Assembly (NCBI GenBank): GCA_000934665.2
Contig: JYFJ02000417.1
Location: 1 to 64,000 of the forward strand
Source of the DNA: Catajapyx aquilonaris
Lineage: Eukaryota
Direction: 5' to 3'
Length of the DNA stretch: 64,000 nt
Shown here: positions 63,195 through 64,000 of the stretch, in pieces
How the letters are laid out: each line of letters starts with the position of its first letter
Position numbering within the stretch: position 1 is the stretch's first letter
Program-made: the position numbers and the translations under genes
Notes under the pieces: model-generated
What the model saw: only the letters and a program-made list of their open reading frames with translations
The model's database searches: none
Told to the model about the DNA's origin: nothing

Positions 63195-63960
63195 AACAGT
63201 TATGGAAATAGTTAAGAGGTTATGAATAAAAACAGATGCTAAAGCTAGTTATGGAAAAGTAGTTATAAAAAAGTTAAAGCTAGTTATGGAAAAGTTAAAG
63301 CTAGTTATGGAAAAATAGTTATGAAGACTGAAGAGTTAATAAAGCTAGTTAATTATGGAAAAGTAGTTATGGAAAGTTAGAGCTAGTTATGGAAAAATGG
63401 TGATGGAAAATAGTTATGAAGACTGAAGAGTTAAAGCTAGTTAATTATGGAAAATAGTTATGAAGACTGAAGAGTTAAAGCTAGTTAATTATGGAAAATA
63501 GTTATGAAGACTGAAGAGTTAATAAAGCTAGTTAATTATGGAAAATAGTTATGAAGACTGAAGAGTTAAAGCTAGTTAATTATGGAAAATAGTTATGAAG
63601 ACTGAAGAGTTAATAAAGCTAGTTAATTATGGAAAATAGTTATGAAGACTGAAGAGTTAATTATGGAAAAGTAGTTATGGAAAGTTAGAGCGAGTTATGG
63701 AAAAATAGTGATGGAAAATAGTTATGAAGACTGAAGAGTTAAAGCTAGTTAATTATGGAAAAGTAGTTATGAAAAGTTAGAGCTATAGTCATAGAAAAAT
63801 AGTTATGAAAAGTTAAAGCTATATAGTCATGGATAAATAGTTATGGAAAGTTAAAGCTATAGTTATGGAAAATAGTTACGAAGAGTTAAAGCTAGTTAAT
63901 TATGGAAAAGTAGTTACGAAAAGTTAAAGCTATAGTTATGGAAAAGTAGTTATGGAAATT
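63195..63960. repeat. AT-rich minisatellite (agttatggaaaa / agttaaagct / gaagactgaag modules)
   Basis: Many tandem units with a ~47-50 bp higher-order period. Confidence 0.93.
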
Positions 63961-64000
63961 TACAAAAATATTTTCTGATGCCATGCCTTTCTCTGCACTA

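Noticed and set aside
63195..63960. Telomeric repeat
   Set aside because: Units are not TTAGG or TTAGGG, and unique sequence resumes at ~63960

Overview
Eukaryotic, gene-dense genomic DNA with short GT-AG introns, most likely from an arthropod. A Pep orthologue points to arthropods; a UGA-selenocysteine Sep15 with a SECIS points tentatively to a non-insect lineage. Gene models were built by hand from splice signals. In order: 3' end of a Slo2/KCNT K+ channel (+), two tandem GLIPR2/GAPR-1 CAP-domain genes (-), selenoprotein F with in-frame UGA and a 3' UTR SECIS (+), TIM17 with a GC-AG intron (-), a Pep-like zinc-finger gene (+) carrying an intronic P/THAP9 transposase remnant, an uncharacterised multi-pass membrane protein (-), flotillin-1 (+), and QSOX (-). 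A ~15 kb duplicated zone follows, with an HP1 chromo-shadow pseudogene, three F-box/LRR paralogues, a partial ALAD copy and decayed BTB fragments. The window ends with intact ALAD (+), a Ctr1 copper transporter (-) and an AT-rich minisatellite. Mobile DNA includes fold-back MITEs with 7-bp TSDs, nested mariner/Harbinger/Helitron-like elements and tRNA-derived SINEs. Best leads: an in-frame, coding-like 83-codon extension behind the flotillin-1 UGA (readthrough candidate), a 9-nt flotillin microexon, a perfect 14-bp stem over the Slo2 stop codon, an 82-bp palindrome with four CRE sites in a bidirectional promoter, and the F-box/BTB array. No wholly new multi-gene system can be proven from the sequence alone.
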